Part shown: positions 24,701 through 37,170 of the stretch, one piece after another
How positions within the stretch are numbered: the stretch's first letter is position 1
Layout: every line of letters starts with the position of its first letter
Assembly (NCBI GenBank): GCA_965178125.1
Contig: OZ237750.1
Coordinates: 124,001-188,000 of the forward strand
Source of the DNA: Bilabrum cf. latius
Lineage: Eukaryota
DNA length: 64,000 nt
Direction: 5' to 3'
Program-made: the position numbers and the translations under genes
The notes under the pieces: model-generated
The model's input: only the letters and a program-made list of their open reading frames with translations
Database searches by the model: none
Told to the model about the DNA's origin: nothing

Positions 24701-26659
24701 ATGCTGATCTTAACCAGTGTAATTGTGACAATGGCACATGTATCGTTTGGGTCCCAGATCCATCCCCCGATGCCATCAAGTATCCCAAAGATCGACAACT
24801 CGTGCTCGTGCTCAAAGCCCGACATGAAGAATAGCACGTGCATTGGAACGGGGTACACAGCCGGAAGGCATAAGGATGTTGCTTCACCTTCGGACTGCTG
24901 CTCGCAATGCGATCAAGCCCATGGCTGCATCGCGTGGACCTGGGCCCCGCCATCCGCAGGAAATTACAACTGCTGGCTCAAAGACAACCGCAACTAGGAC
25001 CCACACCGGTGCGATCCCGATCGCGTGAGCGGTGCATGTGGATACGTGCCTCCGAGCCCGTCGCCGTCGCCGGTGCCGACCACCATCCCAGTGTCAGTGC
25101 AAGTGCATGCTGGCGACAAACCGCTTCGCACCCTCCCACCCACGTACATGGGCGTCACGCTGGACTGGTGGCCGCCAAACCGAGGCACATCGGGTGGCTG
25201 GGGCAGCGCTGGATTGCTCAACATCGATCTCCAGAACCCTCGCCTGAGAATGCTCACCCAGGCGCTGAAGGCGGGCACCATCCGCGTGGGCGGCTCCCTC
25301 GACAAGCAGGTCAACTATCTCGTGGGCGGTATGACGAGTGCGCAGTGCGGGGAACAGGGCGGGGACGGGCTCTGCCTCAACATGACCCGGTGGGCCGAGT
25401 TTGTCGATTTCGTGAGCCACTCGGGCGCGAGCCTCACCTGGGGCCTCTCCTACCCCATCGAGAAGGGCACCTCCAAGCTGTGGAACAAGACCAACCCGGA
25501 GGCGTTCTTGGACTACGTGGGCAGGAACGCGACGCAGGCCGGCGTGTTCAACGGCATCGAGCTGGGCGAGGAGCTGCAGCCCAGAGTTTTCGATTCCGGA
25601 TTCGAGCAGTACATGCAGTCCTTCGCCGACTTCAAAGGGGTCCGGGACGAGGCATTCAAATCCGATAGGAGCGGCATCCCGGGCTCCTACGGCCCGTGCC
25701 CGGGCATGTCTTCCTTCGACAGCCCCTCCACCTTCTGGCTGCCCTTGCTCAACAGGACTGCAAGAGACCGGTCCATCGACGCTGTGGTCTTCCACTCGTA
25801 CAACAACCCTCCGCACTGGCCCATGCTCCTAAACAACACCTTACAATAGGCCAGGGAACTAGTGGGCTGGGTCAGAGAGGTCGATACCGCCGTGGGGCTG
25901 CCCAAGCCACGACCCGTGGTGCTGGGGGAGGGCGGTCCCCACAACGGGGGCGGGATCCCCGGTGTGACGAATGCGTACGCGTCCTCTATCTACTACCTCG
26001 ACGCCCTGGGCGCCCTGGCCAAAGCGGGCGTGGATGGGTTCAACCGGCAGACCCTCGTGGGGGGGCATTACGAGCTGCTGAACACCACTACCTTCGAGCC
26101 GTACCCCGACTACTGGGTCGGATACGGTTACAACCGGCTGGTGGGGCCCCAGGTGCTGGAGGCAGAGGTGAGCGATGGGGGAGTGCCTGTCTCTGGAGGA
26201 CCGCTGAACGACACCTTCCGGGTGTACGCCCACTGCGCCGCATCTTCATCGTCATCATCGTTGGGTGGTGGTGGCTCTGTCGGGGCAGGTGAGGTCCCGT
26301 CGGCAGGATCGGGCGACGTGGTTGTGTTCTGGTCTTCTGCATCGGTGTCTGCGACCTTCCAGGTGACCATGCGGGTGTCCAGCCGTGTGACGAAAGGTGG
26401 TGATGGCAGTGGTGGCGGTGTGCTGAGTGCGCAGCAGGGGGCCGAGGTGTACGCCCTGTCACCGGCCGGTGGTGACCTGTACAGCCACACGGTGCAGCTG
26501 AACGGCAAGCCGCTGGTGTTGGGCCCTCAGGACTAGCTCCCGGCATGGGTGCCCGAGCACGTGGCCCCAGGGCCCGATGGGAGTGTGACGATCTCTGTGC
26601 CTCCAATGGGGACGGGGTGGGCGGTGCTAGCAGGGGCGGGGAATATGGCCTGCTTTTGA
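24701..26659 (+). CDS. Secreted PAN/apple-domain + GH79 heparanase-like beta-glucuronidase
   Basis: Signal peptide. PAN motif CCSQC....CIAWTW...CWLK. GH79 motifs GVTLDWWP, IRVGGSLD, CLNMTRW, ELGEE, VLGEGG...GG..GVTNAY, RQTLVGGHYELL and PYPDYW. The typical C-terminus LNGKPL..LP...ISVPP....AC lies after the TAG at 26534. Other TAGs at 24995 and 25847. Ends at TGA. Confidence 0.85.
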
Positions 26660-27071
26660 ATTTAGTTATTTTTTACCATATATTCTGGATCATGTTTTGT
26701 ACTAGAACTGTCCGGTTAGGCGCAGATCTACCGGGAACGTCGCCCTGACATACAAACCTGGACCCAATCCGGACAATTGCATCTTTGAATCGGATATCCC
26801 GGATTCGAAGTATTGAACAACTTTCACGACTTGTCGACAAGCCCGAGCGCCATGCACAGCGTGCGACCTCAGCCTTAGAGGTGTAAGCCCCTCACGCACT
26901 ATCTCCGCCCATTTTTCCCTCCCTTCGCAACTCTCCTTTGCCTGCACCTCCATCACATCACACAACTGGTTGACTCGCCCAAGCACTACACTCTGCGCGC
27001 GACCTCGGCCCTTGAGGTCCAAGCCCTTCACGTACCAACACCTTCACGTGTTCATCTAGACTAATCAATCA

Positions 27072-30000
27072 TCAATACAGCGCAAAACCAACATTCCAAA
27101 TCCAGTAAACCCCGAGTACCAGCACAACTAGACATGCAATTGCATATAGCAAGAAACAAGTAGGCCCAGAGCAGCCTTGATACAGCCAGCAGACGGCCAT
27201 ATTGTTCAGCGTGCTGGCGTAGTGAGGATGCTGCTTGCCCAGCGCGGTCTCGCACACCTGCCTGCATTGCTCATACAGCTCCATGGCCTCCCCATACCGC
27301 CCCTGCGACTGCAAGCAGTTGGCCATATTGTTCAGTGTGGTGGCGTAGTCAGGATGCTGCTTGCCCAGCGCGGTCTCGCGCACCTGCCTGCATTGCTCAT
27401 ACAGCTCCATGGCCTCCCCATACCGCCCCTGTAACTGCAAGCAGCTGGCCATATTGTTCAGTGTGGTGGCGTAGTCAGGATGCTGCTTGCCCAGCGCAGT
27501 CTCATACACCTGCCTGCATTGCTCATGCAGCTCCATGGCCTCCCCATACCGCCCCTGCGACTGCAAGCAGTTGGCCATATTGTTCAGTGTGGTGGCGTAG
27601 TCAGGATGCTGCTTGCCCAGCGCAGTCTCATACACCTGCCTGCATTGCTCATACAGCTCCATGGCCTCCCCATACCGCCCCTGCGACTGCAAGCAGCTGG
27701 CCATATTGTTCAGCGTGCTGGCGTAGTGAGGATGCTGCTTGCCCAGCGCGGTCTCGCGCACCTGCCTGCATTGCTCATGCAGCTCCATGGCCTCCCCATA
27801 CCGGCCCTGCGACTGCAAGCAGTTGGCCATATTGTTCAGTGTGGTGGCGTAGTGAGGATGCTGCTTGCCCAGAGCAGTCTCATACACCTGCCTGCATTGC
27901 TCATGCAGCTCCATGGCCTCCCCATACCGGCCCTGCGACTGCAAGCAGTAGGCCATATTGTTCAGCGTACTGGCGTAGTCAGGATGCTGCTTGCCCAGCG
28001 CGGTCTCGCGCACCTGCCTGCATTGCTCATGCAGCTCCATGGCCTCCCCATACCGCTCCTGCGAATACAAGCAGTTGGCCATATTGTACAGCGTGCTGGC
28101 GTAGTCAGGATGCTGCTTGCCCAGCGCGGTCTCGCGCACCTGCCTGCATTGCTCATACAGCTCCATGGCCTCCCCATACCGGCCCTGCGACTGCAAGCAG
28201 CTGGCCATATTGTTCAGTGTGGTGGCGTAGTCAGGATGCTGCTTGCCCAGCGCGGTCTCGCGCACCTGCCTGCATTGCTCATACAGCTCCATGGCCTCCC
28301 CATACCGGCCCTGCGACTGCAAGCAGCAGGCCATATTGTTCAGCGTGGTGGCGTAGTCAGGATGCTGCTTGCCCAGCGCGGTCTCGCGCACCTGCCTGCA
28401 TTGCTCATGCAGCTCCATGGCCTCCCCATACCGGCCCTGCGAATACAAGCAGTTGGCCATATTGTACAGCGTGCTGGCGTAGTCAGGATGCTGCTTGCCC
28501 AGCGCGGTCTCGCGCACCTGCCTGCATTGCTCATACAGCTCCATGGCCTCCCCATACCGGCCCTGCGACTGCAAGCAGCTGGCCATATTGTTCAGTGTGC
28601 TGGCGTAGTCAGGATGCTGCTTGCCCAGCGCAGTCTCGCGCACCTGCCTGCATTGCTCATACAGCTCCATGGCCTCCCCCTACCGGCCCTGCGAATACAA
28701 GCAGTTGGCCATATTGTTCAGCGTGCTGGCGTAGTCAGGATGCTGCTTGCCCAGCGCGGTCTCGCGCACCTGCCTGCATTGCTCATGCAGCTCCATGGCC
28801 TCCCCATACCGACCCTGCGAATGCAAGCAGCTGGCCATATTGTTCAGCGTGGTGGCGTAGTCAGGATGCTGCTTGCCCAGCGCGGTCTCATACACCTGCC
28901 TGCATTGCTCATGCAGCTCCATGGCCTCCCCATACCGCCCCTGCGACCGCAAGCAGTTGGCCATATCGTACAACGTGCTGGCGTAGTGAGGATGCTGCTT
29001 GCCCAGCGCGGTCTCGCGCACCTGCCTGCATTGCTCATGCAGCTCCATGGCCTCCCCATACCGGCCCTGCGACTGCAAGCAGTTGGCCATATTGTTCAGT
29101 GTGGTGGCGTAGTGAGGATGCTGCTTGCCCAGAGCAGTCTCATACACCTGCCTGCATTGCTCATGCAGCTCCATGGCCTCCCCATACCGGCCCTGCGACT
29201 GCAAGCAGTAGGCCATATTGTTCAGCGTACTGGCGTAGTCAGGATGCTGCTTGCCCAGCGCGGTCTCGCGCACCTGCCTGCATTGCTCATGCAGCTCCAT
29301 GGCCTCCCCATACCGGCCCTGCGACTGCAAGCAGTTGGCCATATTGTTCAGTGTGGTGGCGTAGTCAGGATGCTGCTTGCCCAGCGCAGTCTCATACACC
29401 TGCCTGCATTGCTCATGCAGCTCCATGGCCTCCCCATACCGGCCCTGCGACTGCAAGCAGTTGGCCATATTGTTCAGTGTGCTGGCGTAGTCAGGATGCT
29501 GCTTGCCCAGCGCGGTCTCGCGCACCTGCCTGCATTGCTCATGCAGCTCCATGGCCTCCCCATACCGCCCCTGCGACTGCAAGCAGTTGGCCATTTTGTT
29601 CAGCGTGGTGGCGTAGTCAGGATGCTGCTTGCCCAGCGCGGTCTCATACACCTGCCTGCATTGCTCATGCAGCTCCATGGCCTCCCCATACCGACCCTGC
29701 GAATGCAAGCAGCTGGCCATATTGTTCAGCGTGGTGGCGTAGTCAGGATGCTGCTTGCCCAGCACGGTCTCGCGCACCTGCCTGCATTGCTCATACAGCT
29801 CCACGGCCTCCCCATACCGGCCCTGCGACTGCAAGCAGCTGGCCATATTGTTCAGCGTGGTGGCGTAGTGAGGATGCTGCTTGCCCAGCACGGTCTCGCG
29901 CACCTGCCTGCATTGCTCATACAGCTCCATGGCCTCGTCAAAGTGGCATTGCGCTTGTAGCCAGTTAGACAAATGGACTGACCTAGATACCACTGTTGAT

Positions 30001-33000
30001 GTCCGAGGATCTTGCTATGCATGTTTGCACGAAGCAGTGTAGGCCCTGTACTAAAATTCCAAATGTTTTACGATGCATGCGACCTCCACACCTCGCAGCC
30101 CAGACGAACGTTTCGAGAGTACGCGAAGTGCATTTATGCTAGGGTTAAGCTGCATGCTTGTAGATCTCTGGGCATGACTCAACTCCCGCACCAGTGATAT
30201 CGCGCTCTCAAGAGGTGCTCTCTTGTGCGCACCACCTCTCGCTGCTAGGTCTGTGCCAACGCAAGATGTAGATGCAGATGTGGCTACATCTACTTCTAGC
30301 GACTTCTCAGAGCGGCTGAAAGCTGCAGCTCGAGGACTCAGCGAAACAGGAACGTTTGCAATTCCTTTGGAAGCAAAGGCAAGCGCGCAAGATTTTGCAA
30401 CGTTCACTCTGCTTACTACGGATTCAGTAGAGCTTACGAGCCTATGAGGTGTATCGTCGTGCAATAGAGCATGCATCACGCACTGTTGTTCATCTCTGCC
30501 CTCCAGCTGTGGAACTAGCATTCTTGCATGCCTCAGCCCGAGTCCAAATGAGTGCATCACACGTTTTAGCACCTGGCGGCAAATGGTTGGATTCCTAGTC
30601 ACCACGTCGGCGTGGCTGCTTTGTTCCATCGCTAGCTGGTCTCGGTACCGGCCTAGAACCTTCGTACGTGCGTTTTCATATAGCTTCTGGATGCACTCCC
30701 TAGCTCGTGACATGGCCTCTGCATTCCCTGCCATGATCAGGTCAGGGCTCAGGCCCTCGAATGCATCCTCGCCCACAAGCTCCCGCAGCCGATGGGCAGC
30801 CTCGGGAGGCAGCAGGCACGTTATGGCCGCATTGCCAGAGTAGTACCATCGTGGACATGCCACGATCGCCAGCATGGCCACATGTCCGCTACTGTCCTTG
30901 GCACTAGCACTGATACACCCTGCATCCATGTGGCGCTGCATATGGTCGGCCTGGAATCGGATCCCAGCCAAGCCATCGGTGGACTCGCACCAGCGATGCA
31001 GGGCAGCTGATACGCCCTCGACTGATAAGGCCTTGCAGCCCGACTCCAGACAGAATGAGTCCAACTGACCATGGTGCATAGCTTGTACGGTATCAACACC
31101 TGATGCAACGTCTGATCTCGCATCAATCGCCCACACCCGCGGCTTGGCCTCATCTGACCTCATCCAGTCCATCCACACCACATCTGGGATCAGCAAGCGG
31201 TGCGTGTCCAGCACCATGCGCTGCCCACTGGGAAGCTAGTGCAACTCCACATCGAACGGTAATAAGAGCCTGTGGTCAACACCGTGTGACCGCTCGCATA
31301 CGTGCTCTACGTTGGGTACTGGCTTTCTGTAGTCCAAGTCCACACCTGTTTTGATGATTTCGGCATGAACAGCCCGGGCCAGCTCTTGCTCTTGCAAAGT
31401 GAGACTCTATTCGTCCTCTGCTGTCAGTCGCATGTCCGTCGGATCCAGTATCTTCCTGAGGCGCTTCACGCTGTCCGGATTCATGCCACGATCTAGCAGG
31501 AGGTCCAAAAAGGTCTTTTGGGTTGACGCATCAGAGCCAAGCGCTGCTACAGCCGAAGCGGCACATTTGCCATCATCATCTGAATTAGATGCGTCGACAG
31601 CAAGATCCGAGCCAGAGACTAGAACTATGCCTGAGTTGCTTTCACCAGCTCCCTGGTTCCCTGCCTCGCACATATACTTGTGCTGCACCACCACTCCAAC
31701 CTTGCGATCCACATACTCTGCAATCCCGAAATGCCGGGCCAAGGGCTTCACAACGTCCTCCAGCTGCTCTTCGTCCCAGTGCATGGAGCTGCCAGCGTCT
31801 GATGACCCCACACGCAGCGTGGTGTCTCGAATGGAAGCATTGAATGCAGCCTGAAAGTCTACCGATTCACCTGTCTCTCTCTGCTCCCGTTGGCATTTCT
31901 TGAAGTTCTCCATGCTCCACGCCATGCACCCTCGCACGTCCACGCGAGCAAATGCCTGCACGCGGATATCATGTGACCCACCACCTACAATGCTCACCCG
32001 CACATCCACGCACACCAGCAAGGGTGTTGACACGTGCACGCTGTCCATCGCGTGCACCCACCGACTCGCCGCTGCCTCCCGCTTCGCAGCCTTGGCCGCC
32101 ATGCGCGTGCTGCCGTAGATGTTTTCATGGTCTAAGGCGAACTTCAGGAACAGACCCAGGCTCTCATGTACAGCCTTGATACCACCGGCCATGCCCCCTG
32201 CATCGATGAACTTGAGACCCAGGGTCTCCTCGATCTTGGCCTTGTCCCCATCGGTGAAGCCCACGGGATCCAGCGACCTGTCCCCGTGCCTCCATTTCAT
32301 ATCCACCTCAGGGAAGCCCTCCAGCGCCTTGTGTACGTCCTGACTGAAGAGTGAACCGATCCGTTCTAGCCTCTGCTTGCGTTCCTTCTGCTCATATGGC
32401 CACAGGGCCACGGTGCGCTTGGCGGCCTCGAAGGCGGGCTGTCGGCCTCGAGGGCCAGGCCTGTCATCGATTTCTTGTGATTGGAAACTTGGATCACGCA
32501 ATGAATGGAACAGGTCAGCAGATTTTCCGCCAGCGTCGGCTGCCCCGCTGTACTTGATGCTGCCCCAGCCAGCGGTCCATGCAGGTGCCGTTGCGTGCGT
32601 GGGCGGGGTTGATGGCTCGGGGTCGGCTGCTCCCGCACCGGATGCAGCAGGGACAGGTGGACGAGGAGGAGTACGAGAGGGGCTGGGCCCAGCTGATGAT
32701 GCATCATCAAGGTCTCTGTCAGGCGGGTGGTTCGATGCTATCCCGCTGCTGTCACCGCCGGGGGCAACCGGAACGTCTGGATCCTCTGCAGGGTCGTAGG
32801 GGTCATTGGCTGGCTCGGGTATGGCACCACCGACGGCACTTGCTCCGCCTGTTGGTGCGCTTGGTATATTTGGATCCGCGGTACAGAATACAGCTGCTCC
32901 TCTAGCTGCACCTGAAGTAGCCATAGACTGCGAAGCCGCAGCTGGGCTTGACGAATCGGCGGAAGGCTCGTCATTCGGTGCTTCTACCGCCGCGCTAGAC

Positions 33001-33191
33001 CCGTCTCCATCTTCAAAATTTGGTGCAAAATCAATGCTGGAAGGAGCCGCTTCTATACTGCCAACAATTCGCGCATTGTGCCCATCATGGCCGTCGACTG
33101 CGCTTGAGCTAGCTGCGGTGGATCGCGGTTCTGGAGACTCCCCCACAGTGGTAACCGGACCCAACGGAAGTTTACTTGCTGAATCACTCAT
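27072..33191 (-). CDS. Clu-domain protein with ~22 kinesin-light-chain-type 42-aa TPR repeats and a C-terminal hydrophobic anchor (2039 aa)
   Basis: Four ORFs in one frame, joined by TAG at 31407, 31236, 30051, 30015 and 28680. Clu-like motifs FLKFALD..IYG...AAKAAKRE, TPL.VCVDV, VGSSDAG and VLDTHRLLIPD, plus VMHSFGLGLRH. Then the TPR array and a TM-like tail. Ends at TGA. Confidence 0.75.
27190..29940 (-). repeat. Coding tandem array, 126-bp unit, about 22 copies (TPR)
   Basis: Unit encodes GRYGEAMEL[YH]EQCRQV[RY]ETALGKQHP[DH]YA[ST]TL[NY]NMA[NSYC]CL[QYH]SQ. Confidence 0.95.
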
Positions 33192-34794
33192 AATGGGAAA
33201 AATGGTTCAATATTGCCTATATTGTAGCGAGAATCAGCGAGAATCAGCTAGAATTAGCTCTATCTGCGGTTTGTGAATAATGGGGCTACTGGATCAGGTA
33301 CTTCAGAAGTACAGAAAGTATCAATACATCCAATGAATGCACTAGTATACAAAGCTAGCATCATTAACCAACATGTTAAAATCCTCACAGATTCAAGTTA
33401 GGCAGATTGGTATTGGGAACGTCGACTTGACCAGTCGGTTACAACCGCCTGAGGGTGTTGAACTTTCAAGAAGAAGATTAAAACCGCCTGGAGATTTCTT
33501 CAAAAGTGAAGAAAGAGTGAAGAAAAGCCAAAAAATTTCCATAACGTTACTACATAATCTGTATTAATCGTCATCTTTTCACAATGCTGGCGCACCATTC
33601 TAGGTTGCACTTGTTTACTACACAAGGTGGTGGTGGTTTCCCACCTCCACCCATCATCCCAGGGGGTAGTCTTGTTTGATGGCCCCCCTTGCAGGCCCGC
33701 AACGGCCATGCTGACTGCCCTTCGGGGTCTGTCAGCGTGGCCTTGGGCTTGTGGGGGGGACAGGGGTTGCCGCGCCGGCATGATCCGGCGCAGGCTGGGA
33801 TGGTGGGCGGATTAGATCAACCGATCTGGTCCAATTGTCTTGCTAGGAAGCTCTCACTTGGTACTATTGTATGCTTCTTTGCTATTATTTGTGAGTGCCG
33901 GTGAGCCGAGCTCCCCGGTATAGTTACGTGCACTTTAGTGCGCTAGAATGAGGTATAACTAGAAGTGATTGCACATTCTAGGTTGCACTTGTTTACTACA
34001 CAAGGTGGTGGTGGTTTCCCACCTCCACCCATCATCCCAGGGGGTAGTCTTGTTTGATGGCCCCCCTTGCAGGCCCGCAACGGCCATGCTGACTGCCCTT
34101 CGGGGTCTGTCAGCGTGGCCTTGGGCTTTGCCAACTTGGCTTGTCAAGGGAGGCCAGACTGGGATGTGTGTGTTTAGTTGTGCAGTGTGCGTGCAGCCCT
34201 TGTGGTCTTATGCACTATGTGTTCGGTCCAGCATGCGTGCCGTGATAGGCGCGAGGTGTAGGCGGCGGACTCCACAGGGTGGTTGTCCTGCCCGGGTGAG
34301 GCAGGAGTCCAGCTGTCCTCTACGGTCGCATGGTAAGGTAGCCGAGCGTAGCGAGCTACGCAGTGTGGGGATGTAGGGGTGACTCGGTGTCGACCCTAAT
34401 CCCCGGTGGTAGTTTCCACCATGGTCGTATGTTGCAGTACAGCACGTATTCGAGAACCTATCGCTGGAATAACTTAAAAGTCGTGTTGTTTCTTCAATGC
34501 AACATGCTCACCTAAGAGTGCCAGGTGCGTTGGGGGGCGCTTAGCGCCGGCCCCCATGGTGGCCCATCCGTAGGGAAGTAGGCCGGCCAGCCGTGGGGAT
34601 CTGCGCGGCGCGTCCCCCGCCGGTGCTGGGACCTGGGGTGGGGCCGGGTCGTGTGGCGCGTGACCGCTGGCTGCCGTCGCGGTACAGAGCTGGTTGATCT
34701 CAGAAGCCGTTCGCGAGGCTGGGGTCATTGGTGTTGGCCCTGCCGATGCGGCTGGTTTCGCTGACGTGAGCAGGCGAAGAGCCGCGTCCCGCAC

Positions 34795-36180
34795 CCGAGC
34801 CAATCAAGGCTGTCGAGCCGAGCCAGCGCAAGGCCAGTTTGTAGCCGAGCCGATCCAGACAAGCAGCGATCCGGCGACCAGCTGCACCGCGAGGCCCTCA
34901 AGCCGAGCCAGCACGAGGACATAATGTGGCCGAGCCAATGAAGGCAAGCAGCGATCCGGCGATCAGCTGCACTGCGAGGCCCTCGAGTCAAGCCAGCACG
35001 AGGCCAGTTTGTGGCCCAGCCAATCAAGGCAAGTAGCGATCCGGCGATCAGCTGCACTGCGAGGCCCTCGAGCCGAGCCAGCGCAAGGCCAGTATGTGGC
35101 CGAGCCAATCAAGGCAAGCAGCGATCCGGCGATCAGCTGCACTGCGAGGCTATCGAGCGGAGCCAGCACGAGGCCGGTATGTGGCCGAGCCAATCAAGGC
35201 TAGCAGCGATCCGGCGATCAGCTGCACTGCGAGGCTATCGAGCCGAACCAGCGCAAGGCCAGTATGTGGCCGAGCCAATCAAGGCAAGCAGCGATCCGGC
35301 GATCAGCTGCACCGCGAGGCCCTCGAGTCGAGCCAGCACGATGCCAGTATGTGACCGAGCCAATCAAGGCAGGCAGCGATCCGGCGATCAGCTGCACTGC
35401 GAGGCTATCGAGCCGAACCAGCGCAAGGCCAGTTTGTGGCCGAGCCAATCAAGGCAAGCAGCGATCCGGCGATCAGCTGCACCGCGAGGCCCTCGAGTCG
35501 AGCCAGCACGATGCCAGTATGTGACCGAGCCAATCAAGGCAGGCAGCGATCCGGCGATCAGCTGCACTGCGAGGCTATCGAGCCGAGCCAGCACGAGGCC
35601 AGTATGTGGCCGAGCCAATCAAGGCTAGCAGCGATCCGGCGATCAGCTGCACCGCGAGGCCCTCGAGTCAAGCCAGCGCGAGGCCAGTATGTGACCGAGC
35701 CAATGAAGGCAAGCAGCGATCCGGCGATCAGCTGCACTGCGAGGCTATCGAGCCGAGCCAGCGCAAGGCCAGTTTGTGGCCGAGCCAATCAAGGCTAGCA
35801 GCGATCCGGCGATCAGCTGCACTGCGAGGCTATCGAGCCGAGCCAGCGCAAGGCCAGTTTGTGGCCGAGCCAATGAAGGCAGGCAGCGATCCGGCGATCA
35901 GCTGCACTTCGAGGCTATCGAGCGGAGCCAGCGCAAGGCCAGTTTGTGGCCGAGCCAATGAAGGCAGGCAGCGATCCGGCGATCAGCTGCACGGCGAGGG
36001 TCTCAAGCCGAGCCAGCGCGAGGCCAGTATGTGGCCGAGCCAATCAAGGCAAGCAGCGATCCGGCGATCAGCTGCACGGCGAGGCTCTCAAGCCGAGCCA
36101 GCACGAGGCCAGTATGTGGCCGAGCCAATCAAGGCAAGCAGCGATCCGGTGATCCGCTGCACTACGAGGCCCTCGAGCCG
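34795..36180. repeat. Tandem array, 85-bp unit, about 16 copies, inside the SDR element
   Basis: Consensus approximately ccgagccaatcaaggcaagcagcgatccggcgatcagctgcactgcgaggc[ct]..cgagccgagccagc[ag]c[ag]aggccagt[at]tgtgg. Confidence 0.95.
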
Positions 36181-36307
36181 CGCATATAGCGAAGCCCGGA
36201 GACCGGTGCGCTGGCGTGGTAAGTCCGGGCCCGCAGACTTATGACGTCCGTGTTCGTCAACGAATATCATGGATCTGAGGAAGGAGCATCGCTCGTCGCA
36301 TTTATCT

Positions 36308-37170
36308 GCGTGAGCGGGGGCGGATGCCGTCGGGGTAGCCGAGAGGCATCCTGGGGTGCATACGGCGATGCCCCAAAGGCTAAGCCAGTCCCACAGCGCT
36401 GTGATAGGCGTGTTTGCCAACAACTATCATCAAGCGTAAGACGGAGCATATAGCTTCGCGTCCAACCGCGTGAGCGGGGGCGGATGCCATCGGAGAAGCC
36501 GAGAGGCATCCTGGGGTGCATACGGCGATGCCCCAAAGGCTAAGCCAGTCCCACAGCGCTGTGATAGGCGTGTTTGCCAACAACTACCCTCAAGCGTAAG
36601 ACGGAGCATATAGCTTCGCGTCCAACCGCGTGAGCGGGGGCGGATGCAGTCGGCGAAACCGAAAGGCATCCTGGGGCGCTACGGCGATGCCCCAAAGGCT
36701 AAGCTAGTCCCACAGCGCTGTGATAGGCGTGTTCGTCAACAACTATCATCAAGCGTAAGACGGAGCATATAGCTTCGCGTCCAACCGCGTGAGCGGATGC
36801 CAGGGCCCATCGGAGAAGCCGAGAGGCATCCTGGGGTGCATACGGCGATGCCCCAAAGGCTAAGCCAGTCCCACAGCGCTGTGATAGGCGTGTTCGTCAA
36901 CGACTATCATCAAGCGTAAGACGGGGCATATGGCTTCGCGTCCAACCGCGTGAGCGGGGGCGGATGCAGTCGGCGAAACCGAAAGGCATCCTGGGGTGCT
37001 ACGGCGATGCCCGAAAGGCAAAGCTAGTCCCACAGCGCTGTGATAGGCGTGTTCGTCAACGACTATCATCAAGCGTAAGATGGAGCATATGGCTTCGCGT
37101 CCAACCGCGTGAGCGGATGCCAGGGCCCATCGGCGAAACCGAAAGGCAGCCTGGGGCGCATACGGCGAAG
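36308..37170. repeat. Tandem array, ~160-bp unit, about 5.4 copies, inside the SDR element
   Basis: The anchor gcgtgagcgg recurs at about 36308, 36468, 36628, 36787, 36948 and 37107. Confidence 0.9.

Noticed and set aside
26702-27031. 109-aa minus-strand ORF between the GH79 and Clu-TPR genes
   Set aside because: No ATG start and no recognisable motif.
27335-29968. Long plus-strand ORFs of 877 and 826 aa
   Set aside because: They are antisense shadows of the 126-bp TPR array on the minus strand.
36880-36915. Hammerhead-ribozyme-like string on the minus strand of the 160-bp unit (ttgatga-ta-gtc-gtt-gac-gaac)
   Set aside because: It deviates from the conserved core (CUGANGA ... GAAA) at two positions, other units break the putative stem, and I could not build stems I and III.
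34795-37170. CRISPR array or coding repeats
   Set aside because: The units are contiguous with no unique spacers, there are no cas genes, and the context is eukaryotic. The 85-bp unit is not a multiple of 3, so the ORFs there are artefacts.
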